Assembly (NCBI GenBank): GCA_963737655.1
Contig: CAVTTN010000002.1
Span: forward strand, 3,360,001-3,424,000
DNA length: 64,000 nucleotides
Reading direction: 5' to 3'
From: an uncultured Planctomycetota bacterium
Lineage (GTDB): Bacteria; Planctomycetota; Planctomycetia; Isosphaerales; Isosphaeraceae
Both the position numbers and the translations under genes were made by a program. Under the pieces are notes generated by a model. The model was given only the letters and a program-made list of their open reading frames with translations, was not told where the DNA came from and did not search any database. Position 1 is the first letter of the stretch; each line of letters begins with the position of its first letter. Positions 38,538 to 47,502 of this stretch are shown piece by piece.

Positions 38538-40078
38538 AGCCGCCTCCACTTCGCCCCGTCCCGGGCGAGGAGGGCGTCGGCCTCCTCGGGGCCCCAGGTT
38601 CCGGCGGGGTAGGCCTTCGGCTTTTCGGGCGATTCCTTCCAGGCGTCGAGGATCGGCGTGATGAACCTCCAGGCGTTGTCCACCTCGTCCTCGCGGGTGA
38701 ACAGGCTGGGGTCGCCGAGCATGGCGTCGAGGAGGAGCCGTTCATACGCCTCGGGCGGCGGGGCGGCGAAGGAGGTCCCGTAGCGGAAATCCATCCGGAC
38801 CTGCTGGAGCCTCCGCCTCGACCCGGGGATCTTGGCCTGGAACGCCAGGCTCGCCCCTTCGTTCGGCTGGATTCGCAGGACCAGGACGTTCGCCTGCTCG
38901 GCGTCGGCCTCGAACAGGGCCGTCGGCGGCTTCTTGAACTGGATGGCGATCTCGGTGGCCCGCTTCGGCAGGCACTTGCCCGTGCGGAGGTAGATCGGCA
39001 CCCCCGCCCATCGCCAGTTGTTCAGGGTCAGGCGGATGGCCACATACGTGCCGGTCTTGGAGTTCGGATCGACGCCTTTCTCCTGCAAATATCCCGGCAC
39101 TTCCTTGCCGTTGATCGATCCGGCGGTGTACTGGGCGTAAACGGTGTTTTTGGCCACGTCCTCGGGCGACCACTCGGGGAGGGCCTGCAAGACCTTGACC
39201 TTCTCGTTGCGGACGGCGTCGGCCGAGAGGTTCACCGGGGGTTCCATCGCCACGAGGCAGAGGAGCTGCATCATGTGGTTCTGGACCATGTCGCGGATCG
39301 CGCCGGCGGTGTCGTAATAGGCCCCTCGGCCCCCCGGCATGCCGACTTCCTCGCTCACCGTGATCTGGATGTTCTCGACGTGGTCGCGGTTCCACGTCGG
39401 CTCGTAGATCGCGTTGGCGAACCGCAGGGCCAGGATGTTCTGGACGGTTTCCTTGCCGAGATAATGGTCGATTCGATAGATCTGCGATTCGTCCAGGGTC
39501 TTGGAAAGCTCTCGGTTCAAGGCCCGGGCGCTGGGGAGGTCGTGGCCGAACGGCTTCTCGACCACCACGCGGCTCCACGGGCCATCCTCCTGATGAGGAG
39601 GGCGGATCAGCCCGGCGGCGCCGAGGTTATCGACGATCGTGCCGAAATATTCGGGCGAGACGGCGAGGTAGAACAGGACGTTGCCCCCGGTCCCGTGGGA
39701 CTTTTCCAGCTCATCGAGCTTCGCCTTGAGGGCCTGGAAGTCCTCGGGCTTGTGGAATTCCCCCTTGCTGAAGGCGAGGTGGGCGGCGAACTGGGGCCAG
39801 GTCTTCTCGAACTCGGGGCCGCCGTCTTTTGCCAGGGTCTTCTTGAGCTCGTCTCGGAAGGTGTCGTCGGACCAGTCCCGGCGGGCGAACCCGAGGATCG
39901 CGTAATCCGAGGGCAACTGGCCTTCCATCGCCAGGCGATGCAGGGCCGGGGCGAGCTTGCGATGGGTCAGGTCGCCGGTGGCGCCGAAGAGGACGACCGC
40001 GCACGGCTCGGGGGCCCGGGTCCGGGGCAGGTAGGCCCGGAGGGGGTTCTTGTCGGCGAACTCCGGCGTGACGGGCAT
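38534..40078 (-). CDS. zwf: Glucose-6-phosphate 1-dehydrogenase
   Basis: FGATGDL, EKPFG, RIDHYLGKE, RDMVQNH, LRTGK. Confidence 0.97.
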   Translation of the reverse strand: MPVTPEFADKNPLRAYLPRTRAPEPCAVVLFGATGDLTHRKLAPALHRLAMEGQLPSDYAILGFARRDWSDDTFRDELKKTLAKDGGPEFEKTWPQFAAHLAFSKGEFHKPEDFQALKAKLDELEKSHGTGGNVLFYLAVSPEYFGTIVDNLGAAGLIRPPHQEDGPWSRVVVEKPFGHDLPSARALNRELSKTLDESQIYRIDHYLGKETVQNILALRFANAIYEPTWNRDHVENIQITVSEEVGMPGGRGAYYDTAGAIRDMVQNHMMQLLCLVAMEPPVNLSADAVRNEKVKVLQALPEWSPEDVAKNTVYAQYTAGSINGKEVPGYLQEKGVDPNSKTGTYVAIRLTLNNWRWAGVPIYLRTGKCLPKRATEIAIQFKKPPTALFEADAEQANVLVLRIQPNEGASLAFQAKIPGSRRRLQQVRMDFRYGTSFAAPPPEAYERLLLDAMLGDPSLFTREDEVDNAWRFITPILDAWKESPEKPKAYPAGTWGPEEADALLARDGAKWRRL

Positions 40079-40347
40079 CCGAGGCGCTCCCGGGCGATGG
40101 GGCCGACGACGTTCCCGAAGTCGCCGCGCCGATTGGCGAGTCTACGGGCCGAGCCGGCGCCGATCAAGGGAGCCGGCCGCCGAAACCCGCCCGCCCCCCT
40201 ATCCGGCGGCTTACAATGCGGACGTCCCGGGGTCGATCCCCTCTCATCACCCGTTCGGTCCGGCCTACCATGTCGAGCACTCGCGTGCCGCCCTCGCGAA
40301 TCCCGTCGTCCGGAGGGCCCCCGCCGGTGCCCGAGGCCCCGACGCGC

Positions 40348-41436
40348 ATGACCCTCCCGACCGACCGCCTCTCCCCCCCGGGCGATCGCGAGCGGATCGA
40401 CCTGTACCTGGGCGCGTTCCTCGCCGGATCTCGCAAGCGATTCGCCACGAACCCGCACGTCCGCCCCCTGTTCGACCGCGCCTCGGCCTTCGTCCTCCGG
40501 GGCGGAAAGAGGCTCCGCCCCCGGCTCGCCCTGGCCTCGTACCGGATCCTCACCGGCTCGGTCGAGAAGCCGCCTCGGCCGGCCTGGCTGGCGGCGGCCA
40601 GCCTGGAACTCTTTCATGCCTTCATGCTGGTGCATGACGATTTGATCGACGCCAGCCTGGTCCGTCGCGACGAGCCCACGCTCCACGAGGCCCTCCGCCT
40701 GGACGCCGACTGGCCCGACGACGCCGAAGGCCGGAAGCGCTCGGCCGACCTCGGACTCCTCGCCGGAGACCTCCTGTTCGCCCTGGGGATGCGGCTGCTC
40801 GGCCGCTCCGGGCTGGACGACGCCAGCTTCGGCCGCGTCCATCGCCAGGTCGCCGACGTCCTGCTCGACACGGGCCTCGGGGAGGCCCTGGACGTCCTGT
40901 ACGAGACCTGCCCGTTCGACGACCTGGACGAGGCCCATCTGATCGACGCCTACCTGCGCAAGACCGCCCGATACAGCGTCTCCGGCCCGATGGTCCTGGG
41001 CGCGACGCTCGCCGGCGCCGAGCTCTCGGTGATGCGGTCGCTCCGCCGATTCGGCGACTTGCTGGGCCTGGCGTTCCAGATCGCCAACGACCTGGAAGCC
41101 ATCGTGGCCGCCGACCCGAATGGCGAGATCTCCGACCTCGACGGCGGCAAGAGGACGTGGGTCCTGGCCACGGCCCACCGCCGTCTCGGCCAGGAAGGCC
41201 GGGTTGCGATGGCCGAGGCCCTGGCGATGCCCGTCGGCCCGAGGCGTCGCGAGCAGCTCCTCGGCCTGATCGACGCCAGCGGGGCGGCGAGCGTGTGCGA
41301 GGCGCGGGTCAAGGCGATCCGTCGGGAGGCGATGGCCGTCCTCCGTTCGTCGGCGCTCGACGAACCCCAGAAGGACGCCTTCCAGGCCCTGATTGCCCTC
41401 TTCGGCGCCTCGGCCTCGATGCCGGCGGCCGTGTAG
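40348..41436 (+). CDS. crtE: Polyprenyl (GGPP) synthase
   Basis: GGKRLRP, LVHDDLID..RR, KTARYS, SDL.GGK.T; start uncertain (40270 is an alternative). Confidence 0.8.
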   Translation: MTLPTDRLSPPGDRERIDLYLGAFLAGSRKRFATNPHVRPLFDRASAFVLRGGKRLRPRLALASYRILTGSVEKPPRPAWLAAASLELFHAFMLVHDDLIDASLVRRDEPTLHEALRLDADWPDDAEGRKRSADLGLLAGDLLFALGMRLLGRSGLDDASFGRVHRQVADVLLDTGLGEALDVLYETCPFDDLDEAHLIDAYLRKTARYSVSGPMVLGATLAGAELSVMRSLRRFGDLLGLAFQIANDLEAIVAADPNGEISDLDGGKRTWVLATAHRRLGQEGRVAMAEALAMPVGPRRREQLLGLIDASGAASVCEARVKAIRREAMAVLRSSALDEPQKDAFQALIALFGASASMPAAV

Positions 41437-41496
41437 GGCCGGTTCGGATCGGTCTGCCAGATCGGCACGGACCCGGCAGGCCGGGGCCTGCCCTTC
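41433..41496. repeat. Degenerate REP doublet, family B
   Basis: GTAGGGC.GG..TCGG.CTGCC and GGCAGGCCGGGGCCTGCCCTTC. Confidence 0.6.
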
Positions 41497-41537
41497 GAAG
41501 ATCGAGCACTGCAATTCCAGGCGGCCCGTTTCCTCTC

Positions 41538-43001
41538 ATGAAAAAAGTCGTGGTGATCGGTAGCGGTTTCGGCGGTCTGGCGGCGGCGATTCGCCTCCGG
41601 GCGAAGGGGTATGACGTCGTCGTCCTGGAGATGCGCGACAAGCCCGGCGGCCGGGCCTATGTCTACGAGGACCAGGGCTTCGTCTACGACGCCGGGCCCA
41701 CGATCATCACCGTCCCGTTCGTCCTCCGCGAGCTGGCCGAGCTGACCGGCCGGAGGCTTGACGATTACGTCACGATCGTCCCGTGCGACCCGTATTACCG
41801 GATCTTCTTCGACGACGGCCGGACGTTCGACTATTCGGGCGACCCGCGGAAGCTCGAGGCCGAGATCGCGAAGTTCTCGCCCGAGGACGTGCCGGGCTAT
41901 CGCCGATTCCTGGCCTACACCGCCGAGGTGTTCGACAAGGCGTTCACCGAGCTGGCCGACCACTCGTTCCACTCGGTCTGGGAGATGGTCAAGGTCGCGC
42001 CCGACCTGATCCGCCTCCGGGCCGAGCAATCGGTCTATCGCCGGGTGTCGTCGTTCATCAAGGACCCGGCGCTCCGCCAGGTCTTTTCGTTCGAACCCTT
42101 GCTGATCGGCGGCAATCCCCTGCGTTCGTCGTCGATTTACGCGATGATCCACTACCTCGAAAAAACCTGGGGCGTCCACTTCGCGATGGGAGGCACGGGG
42201 GCCCTTGTGAAGGGCCTCGTGAAGCTGTTCGAGGACATGGGCGGCCGGCTCGTCCTGAACTCGCGGGCCGAGGAGATCGAGATCGTCGATGGCCGGGTCT
42301 CGGCGGTGCGGACCGCCTCCGGCGAGCGGTTCCCGGCCGACGTGGTCGTGTCCAACGGCGACGTGGCGAATACCTATCGCAAGCTCGTCCGACCCGAGCA
42401 TCGGCGCAAGTGGACCGACCGGAAGCTCGAACGGATGAAGTACGCCATGAGCCTGTTCGTCGTCTATTTCGGCACCGACCGCACGTATCCCCACCTGCCC
42501 CATCATTCGATCGTCCTGGGTCCGAGGTATGAGGGGCTGCTCGGCGACATTTTTGACCGCAAGGTCGTGGCCGAGGATTTTTCGCTCTATCTCCACGCGC
42601 CAACGAGGACCGACCCCAGCCTCGCCCCTCCCGACTGCGAGGCGTTTTACGTGCTGAGCCCGGTCCCTCACCTCGGCGGGGGCCAGGACTGGGATGCGAT
42701 CAAGGAGGACTACGCCGACCGCATCCTCGCCTCCCTGGAGAAGGAGCATCTCGTGCCGGATTTGCGGAAGCACATGGTTTCCAGGCTCATTTTCACGCCC
42801 AAGGACTTCGAGACGCACCTGGATGCCTACCTCGGATCGGCGTTCCAGTTCGAGCCGGTCCTCACGCAGAGCGCCTGGTTCCGCCCCCACAACAAGAGCG
42901 AGGACGTCGAGGGCCTGTTCTTCGTCGGCGCGGGGACGCATCCCGGCGCCGGCCTCCCGGGCGTGATTTCCAGCGCGAAAGTGCTCGACAAGTTCCTGTA
43001 G
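41538..43001 (+). CDS. crtI: Phytoene desaturase
   Basis: GSGFGGLAAAIRL, DAGPTIIT, QSAWFRPHN, GAGTHPGAGLPGV. Confidence 0.95.
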   Translation: MKKVVVIGSGFGGLAAAIRLRAKGYDVVVLEMRDKPGGRAYVYEDQGFVYDAGPTIITVPFVLRELAELTGRRLDDYVTIVPCDPYYRIFFDDGRTFDYSGDPRKLEAEIAKFSPEDVPGYRRFLAYTAEVFDKAFTELADHSFHSVWEMVKVAPDLIRLRAEQSVYRRVSSFIKDPALRQVFSFEPLLIGGNPLRSSSIYAMIHYLEKTWGVHFAMGGTGALVKGLVKLFEDMGGRLVLNSRAEEIEIVDGRVSAVRTASGERFPADVVVSNGDVANTYRKLVRPEHRRKWTDRKLERMKYAMSLFVVYFGTDRTYPHLPHHSIVLGPRYEGLLGDIFDRKVVAEDFSLYLHAPTRTDPSLAPPDCEAFYVLSPVPHLGGGQDWDAIKEDYADRILASLEKEHLVPDLRKHMVSRLIFTPKDFETHLDAYLGSAFQFEPVLTQSAWFRPHNKSEDVEGLFFVGAGTHPGAGLPGVISSAKVLDKFL

Positions 43002-43155
43002 GGTGCATGAAATGCACCAACCAACACGCGGCGGCCAAGGGCCGCCTCCCATCGTCCTCGGTCGTCATCCTCGAATCGAAGAGTCTTCAGGCAAACGAGA
43101 TCGGTGGGCGGCCCTTGGCCGCCTCGTGGTGGTTGGTGCATTTCATGCACCCTAC
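42998..43155. repeat. REPIN, family A: GTAGGGTGCATGAAATGCACC with about 50-bp extended arms
   Basis: Inverted copies at 42998-43018 and 43135-43155; related to 45439-45513 and 51013-51140. Confidence 0.92.
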
Positions 43156-43166
43156 GGGATGCGTTC

Positions 43167-44165
43167 ATGATTTCCTCGGTCGAGACCGGCCTGTCCCAGG
43201 GGCTTCGCACTTGCCGGGCGATCACCCGGCGTCATGCGAAGACGTTTTTCTTCGCGTCTCATGGCTTGCCGAGAGAGGTGAGGGCGCACGCCTATGCCGT
43301 GTACGGGTTCTGTCGATGGGCCGACGATGGCGTGGACCTGGCCGGGACCGCCGACGAGGCCCGAGCCCGGCTGGACGTGGCTCGCGAGGCACTCGATCGG
43401 GCGTATGGGACCGGCCCGGCGGCTCCCGGCTTGATCGCCCTCCGCCGGACCGTCCGCGATCGGGCGATCCCTCGGGTCCTCTTTGACGAACTCCTGCTCG
43501 GCATGGAGATGGACCTCTCGATCCGCCGTTATGCCGACTTCGCCGCCCTGGATCGCTACTGCTACCGGGTGGCCGGCGTGGTCGGGCTGATGATGGCCCA
43601 CGTCTTCGGGTTCCGCCACGAGCGATGCCTGCCTCGGGCCGAGGCGCTGGGCACCGCCATGCAGCTCACGAACATCCTCAGGGACGTTCGCGAGGATTTC
43701 GATCGCGGGCGGATTTACTTGCCTCTGGAGGAGATGGCCCGATTCGGCGTGACCGAACAGACGCTCGCCTCGGGCACGGCCGATCCCCCCTTCCAGGCCC
43801 TGATGGGATTCCAGATCGAGCGGGCGAGACGCTATTATGCCGAGGCCGAGGCCGGCATCCCGGACCTCCTCGGCGCCTCCAGCCGATTGACCGTCCGCCT
43901 GATGGGCCGGCTCTACGGCGGCATCCTCGACGAGATCGAACGCCTCGATCGCGACGTCTTCCGCACCCGCGCCCACGTCCCCACGTCGCGAAAACTGGCC
44001 GTGCTGGCGGCGTGCCAGGCCGAGACGTGGGGCGAGTCGTTCCTCAGGCTGCTCGGGCGCAGTCTGCCGCTCGTCTTCTCCTCCGACCGAGGGCCGTTTC
44101 GTGGTCGATCCCGATCGCTTCTTCCAGCTCCCCGGGGCCGGATCTCAGGAATGGTGGTATTTTGA
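43167..44165 (+). CDS. crtB: Phytoene synthase
   Basis: KTFFFAS, YGFCRWADD, YCYRVAGVVG, QLTNILRDVRED..RGRIYLP. Confidence 0.93.
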   Translation: MISSVETGLSQGLRTCRAITRRHAKTFFFASHGLPREVRAHAYAVYGFCRWADDGVDLAGTADEARARLDVAREALDRAYGTGPAAPGLIALRRTVRDRAIPRVLFDELLLGMEMDLSIRRYADFAALDRYCYRVAGVVGLMMAHVFGFRHERCLPRAEALGTAMQLTNILRDVREDFDRGRIYLPLEEMARFGVTEQTLASGTADPPFQALMGFQIERARRYYAEAEAGIPDLLGASSRLTVRLMGRLYGGILDEIERLDRDVFRTRAHVPTSRKLAVLAACQAETWGESFLRLLGRSLPLVFSSDRGPFRGRSRSLLPAPRGRISGMVVF

Positions 44166-45153
44166 TGCGATCTCGGACGACGGCCGGCTGGCCGTGGTGC
44201 TCGTCTGGTATGCGGGCCTGCCGTTCGATCCCGAGTATGGCGTCGCGGCGCTGAAGCACCTCAAGGCCCCGTCCCGATGGCCCCGGCCCGATCCGCTCGA
44301 CCACTGCGCCGTGAGCGTGAGCGTCTATCGCGACGGTAAACCGGCGGCCTATGCCCTGAATGCCTTCCGCGCGGCCGATTTCTCGACCGAGGCCGAGCCG
44401 TTCGCCGTGACGGTCGCCGGGAACCGGCTTCGGCGCGACGATCGGGGCTATGCTTTGGAGGTCAGGACCCCGGCCGTCGACGGCCGGACGCCGATCGTCG
44501 CGTTTTTCCGGTTCGATCCGACGTCGGGATCGGTCCCGTTCGAGCGGGATCTCGGCCGACCGGGCTCGCCCCATCACTGGATCCTCGCCGCCGCCGATTG
44601 CCGGGTCGAAGGTCTCGTCAAGATCGGCGAAACGACCCTGGAATTCCGGGGCCGCGGGTATCACGACCACAACGCGGGGGACGAGGAGATCTCCCGGGCG
44701 ATCCGCCGATGGGAATGGGGCCGGTTCCATCACGGCCCGCTCGCCGAGGTCTTCTATCTGGCCGAGCCGCACCTGGGCCCATCGCAGTCGCTGTGGATCA
44801 CCTGTCGGGACGGCCGACCGGAGACGGTCCGCGAAGGGGTCGAGGCGACCGGCGAGGCGCCTTCGCGGAACGTCTTCGGCGTGAAGTCGAGCCATCGTCT
44901 GCTCGTCTCGTCGGAAGGAGCGTCGCTCGCGAGGGAAAACGCGCGCTGCGTCGATGACGGGCCGTTCTATCGCCGATGGCTCGCTCGGTTCGAGGTCGGC
45001 CGCGAGTCGGGCGAGGGGATCTCGGAGCTGCTGGACACGCGGCACCTGAATCGAGCGATGTTCAACTGGATGATCCCTTACCGACTCAAGAGGCCGAGGT
45101 CCGACCGGGATTCGGTGTCGCGTGACCAGCCGAATTCACGAGAGGAAGGGTGA
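44101..45153 (+). CDS. crtC: Carotenoid 1,2-hydratase (CrtC-like)
   Basis: EWWYFDAISDDG, H.W, G.GYHDHNAG, WEWGR, DGPFY.R; start uncertain, overlaps crtB. Confidence 0.8.
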   Translation: MVDPDRFFQLPGAGSQEWWYFDAISDDGRLAVVLVWYAGLPFDPEYGVAALKHLKAPSRWPRPDPLDHCAVSVSVYRDGKPAAYALNAFRAADFSTEAEPFAVTVAGNRLRRDDRGYALEVRTPAVDGRTPIVAFFRFDPTSGSVPFERDLGRPGSPHHWILAAADCRVEGLVKIGETTLEFRGRGYHDHNAGDEEISRAIRRWEWGRFHHGPLAEVFYLAEPHLGPSQSLWITCRDGRPETVREGVEATGEAPSRNVFGVKSSHRLLVSSEGASLARENARCVDDGPFYRRWLARFEVGRESGEGISELLDTRHLNRAMFNWMIPYRLKRPRSDRDSVSRDQPNSREEG

Positions 45154-45207
45154 GGGGCAAGGGACGCCCCGTCGGAGGATTCGACGACCACCAGGGAGGG
45201 ACGTACC

Positions 45208-45405
45208 ATGCTGGTCCTGAGCCGCAAGCGCGAAGATGCCATCCTGATCGGGGCCGACGTGAGGATCACGATCCTCAAGATCGACTGCAACCAGGTCCGA
45301 CTGGGGATCGAGGCCCCGAGCTCCACCGGGATCGTCCGCGAGGAGCTCCTGTTCGACGTCGAGCACCGAGCCGCCCGATCCGCCTGGCTTGCCTCGGACG
45401 TCTGA
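45208..45405 (+). CDS. csrA: Carbon storage regulator CsrA
   Basis: MLVLSRK...I.IG...VRLGIEAP...REEL; GGAGG RBS. Confidence 0.92.
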   Translation: MLVLSRKREDAILIGADVRITILKIDCNQVRLGIEAPSSTGIVREELLFDVEHRAARSAWLASDV

Positions 45406-45438
45406 GAGACCCGGCGCACATTCCCTGCGCACTCATCC

Positions 45439-45513
45439 GTAGGGTGCATGAGATGCACCATCTTCGCATCACCCGTGAATCGGGGCGAAGATCGTGCATT
45501 TCATGCACCCTAC
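45439..45513. repeat. REP doublet, family A (short form)
   Basis: GTAGGGTGCATGAGATGCACC ... GTGCATTTCATGCACCCTAC between convergent genes. Confidence 0.9.
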
Positions 45514-45518
45514 GATCG

Positions 45519-45857
45519 TCAGGCCGAGGGGATGCGGGGCGGCTTCTCGCGGGTGCCCTTCCAGTCGGCCAGGAGCGTCTTGAGCTCCTCGACGGTCACT
45601 CCGCCGTGGTCCTCGCCGGAATTCCAGCGGTCCATGATCCCCTTGAGGCGTTCGCGGAGGACGCCCTTGGGCAGGAATCGGCCCTGGAACTTCTTCAGGA
45701 CCTTCAGCCGGGGGTCGGCCGGGGGCCGGGGCGCGGCCGGAGGAGGCGGCGTCGCCGCGGCGACGGGGGCCGGAGCGGCCTCGGCGGGGGCCGCCTTCTT
45801 CTCCTTCTTCGGCTTCGATTCTTTCTGTTCCGTCTTCTTGGCTTCGGCGGCGGACAT
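45519..45857 (-). CDS. Small Lys/Ala/Pro-rich hypothetical protein
   Basis: GAGG RBS, strong GC3 bias, KEKK/AAP low-complexity N-terminus then helical domain. Confidence 0.75.
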   Translation of the reverse strand: MSAAEAKKTEQKESKPKKEKKAAPAEAAPAPVAAATPPPPAAPRPPADPRLKVLKKFQGRFLPKGVLRERLKGIMDRWNSGEDHGGVTVEELKTLLADWKGTREKPPRIPSA

Positions 45858-46045
45858 CGCGGACCTCTCTGTCTGGCCGATCCGATTCCGACGGTCGGCG
45901 CAACGCGGCGGGCGAGGACTCGGCGGCCCGGAAAGGATGATCTCCCGGCGCGCAAGGCAATACCTTACTCCATCGACGCCCCGGCGATCAATCCAGGTTG
46001 GCTGAAGACGGGGAAATGGTGGGAGTGGGAAATTGGTGTCAGATC

Positions 46046-46295
46046 TGCGCTGTAGAAATCCCCGGTAATGGAGAGGAATCGAGTTGGTCCGACTTCAGTC
46101 GGGCCTACAAAAAGGTCGGCTCATGAGTCCGATTGGTGGTGACGTCGGATTTCCCTCGTTCCCACGCTCGGCGTGGGATGGAGTTGTTGAGCAAGCACCA
46201 ATCCGGAATCATGAGCCAAAAGGTCTTGTTTTTTAGGCCCGACTGAAGTCGGACCTACTCGTTTCCTCATTCTCAATGGGTTTTTCTGCAAAGCC
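46046..46295. mobile_element. MITE family M1, inverted relative to 8350-8490, carrying a nested element
   Basis: rc of 46226-46290 matches 8355-8420 (TTGAGAATGAGGAAACGAGT.GGTCCGACTTCAGTCGGGCCTA); termini TGCGCTGTAGAAATCCCC / rc GGCTTTGCAGAAAAACCC. Confidence 0.85.
46118..46217. mobile_element. Nested 100-bp MITE, family M2
   Basis: Termini GGCTCATGAGTCCGATTGGTG / CACCAATCCGGAATCATGAGCC; exact 8-bp duplication AAAAGGTC at 46110-46117 and 46218-46225. Confidence 0.85.
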
Positions 46296-46352
46296 GATCT
46301 GACACAGACCTCCCCCGCCCAGCATTTCCCGATTTCTCCGTCTTCAGCCGGC

Positions 46353-47483
46353 TCAGGAGACCCCGTCGGCCGGGACCTTCGTCCCGTGGTAGCGGAAGAG
46401 CTTGGGCTCGGGGAGGCCGGCGATCGGCGGGGCGGTCGGTTCGGGGAGGTGGAGCGGGCCGGTCGGGCCTTGCGGGTCGCCTTCCCACGCGTGGGATCGA
46501 AGGCTCTGGAGCACCCGATGGGCCACGCGGATGGCCCTCAGGGCGTCGTCGCCGGTCACCCGGGGCCGGGTCCCGGTCTTGACGGCCCGGATGAAGTCTT
46601 CGAGCTCCAGGGCCAGCGGCTCCCGGCCTTCGTTCTGCGCCCGATCCACCCGCAAGACCTTGCCGAAGAGGTGGTCGCGGACCTCCGCCGGTTTCGACAG
46701 GTCCACGCCGGAGACGTCCACCTCGCCTCGTCTCAACCGTTCGGAGGGCCGGATGATCGTGCTGGATTTGGCCGCGAAGTCGATCGCCAGATACCCCTCC
46801 GCCGCCCAGATCCGCATTTTTCGGGACGCCGAGACGCTCGCCCGGCTCGCCGTGAGGTCGGCGATCGCGCCATCGGCGAACTTGATCCGGGCGTTGGCGA
46901 CGTCCTCGTGACGGCCGAAGACCGACACGCCGACGGCCTCCACCGAGGTGACCTCCGACGGGTTCAGGCTCAGGACCAGGTCGATGTCGTGGATCATGAG
47001 GTCCAGGACCACGCCGATATCCGTCGAGCGGAAGGTGTAGGTGCCGAGCCTCTCGGCGGAGAGGAACTTGGGGCGGAGCCTCAGCCCCTCGAAGGCCGCC
47101 ATCGCCGGGTTGAACCGCTCGATGTGGCCGACCTGGAGCAAGGCGCCGCGGGCATGGGCCAGGTCCACCAGCGCCTGGGCGTCCTCCGGCGAGCCGGCCA
47201 GGGGCTTCTCCACCATCGTGGGGATGCCGCGGTCGAGGAACGCGGAGGCGACCTCGCGATGGAGGAACGTGGGCACGGCCACGGAGACCGCATCGACCCG
47301 GTCGACCAGCTCCCGATAGTCGTCCACGGCCTCGGCGCCGAGGGGCCCGGCGACGGCCCTCGCCTGCTCGATCCGCGAGTCGGCCACCGCGACGAGCTCG
47401 ACGCCCTCGATCCCCGAGAGCACCCGGGCGTGATGCCGGCCCAGGTGCCCGACGCCGACCACCGCGACTTTCAGACGGCTCAT
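46353..47483 (-). CDS. Gfo/Idh/MocA oxidoreductase, GnnA-like
   Basis: VVGVGHLG..HAR, VEKP, QVGHIERFNP, DLMIHDID; directly after lpxA. Confidence 0.88.
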   Translation of the reverse strand: MSRLKVAVVGVGHLGRHHARVLSGIEGVELVAVADSRIEQARAVAGPLGAEAVDDYRELVDRVDAVSVAVPTFLHREVASAFLDRGIPTMVEKPLAGSPEDAQALVDLAHARGALLQVGHIERFNPAMAAFEGLRLRPKFLSAERLGTYTFRSTDIGVVLDLMIHDIDLVLSLNPSEVTSVEAVGVSVFGRHEDVANARIKFADGAIADLTASRASVSASRKMRIWAAEGYLAIDFAAKSSTIIRPSERLRRGEVDVSGVDLSKPAEVRDHLFGKVLRVDRAQNEGREPLALELEDFIRAVKTGTRPRVTGDDALRAIRVAHRVLQSLRSHAWEGDPQGPTGPLHLPEPTAPPIAGLPEPKLFRYHGTKVPADGVS

Positions 47484-47502
47484 CGCGAGACTCCCCGGCG
47501 GT

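Noticed and set aside
43007..43486. Apparent small protein family with GCMKCT / WCISCTL Cys motifs (also near 45.4 kb and 51 kb)
   Set aside because: These are translations of REP family A; they also create false N-terminal extensions on crtB and skp
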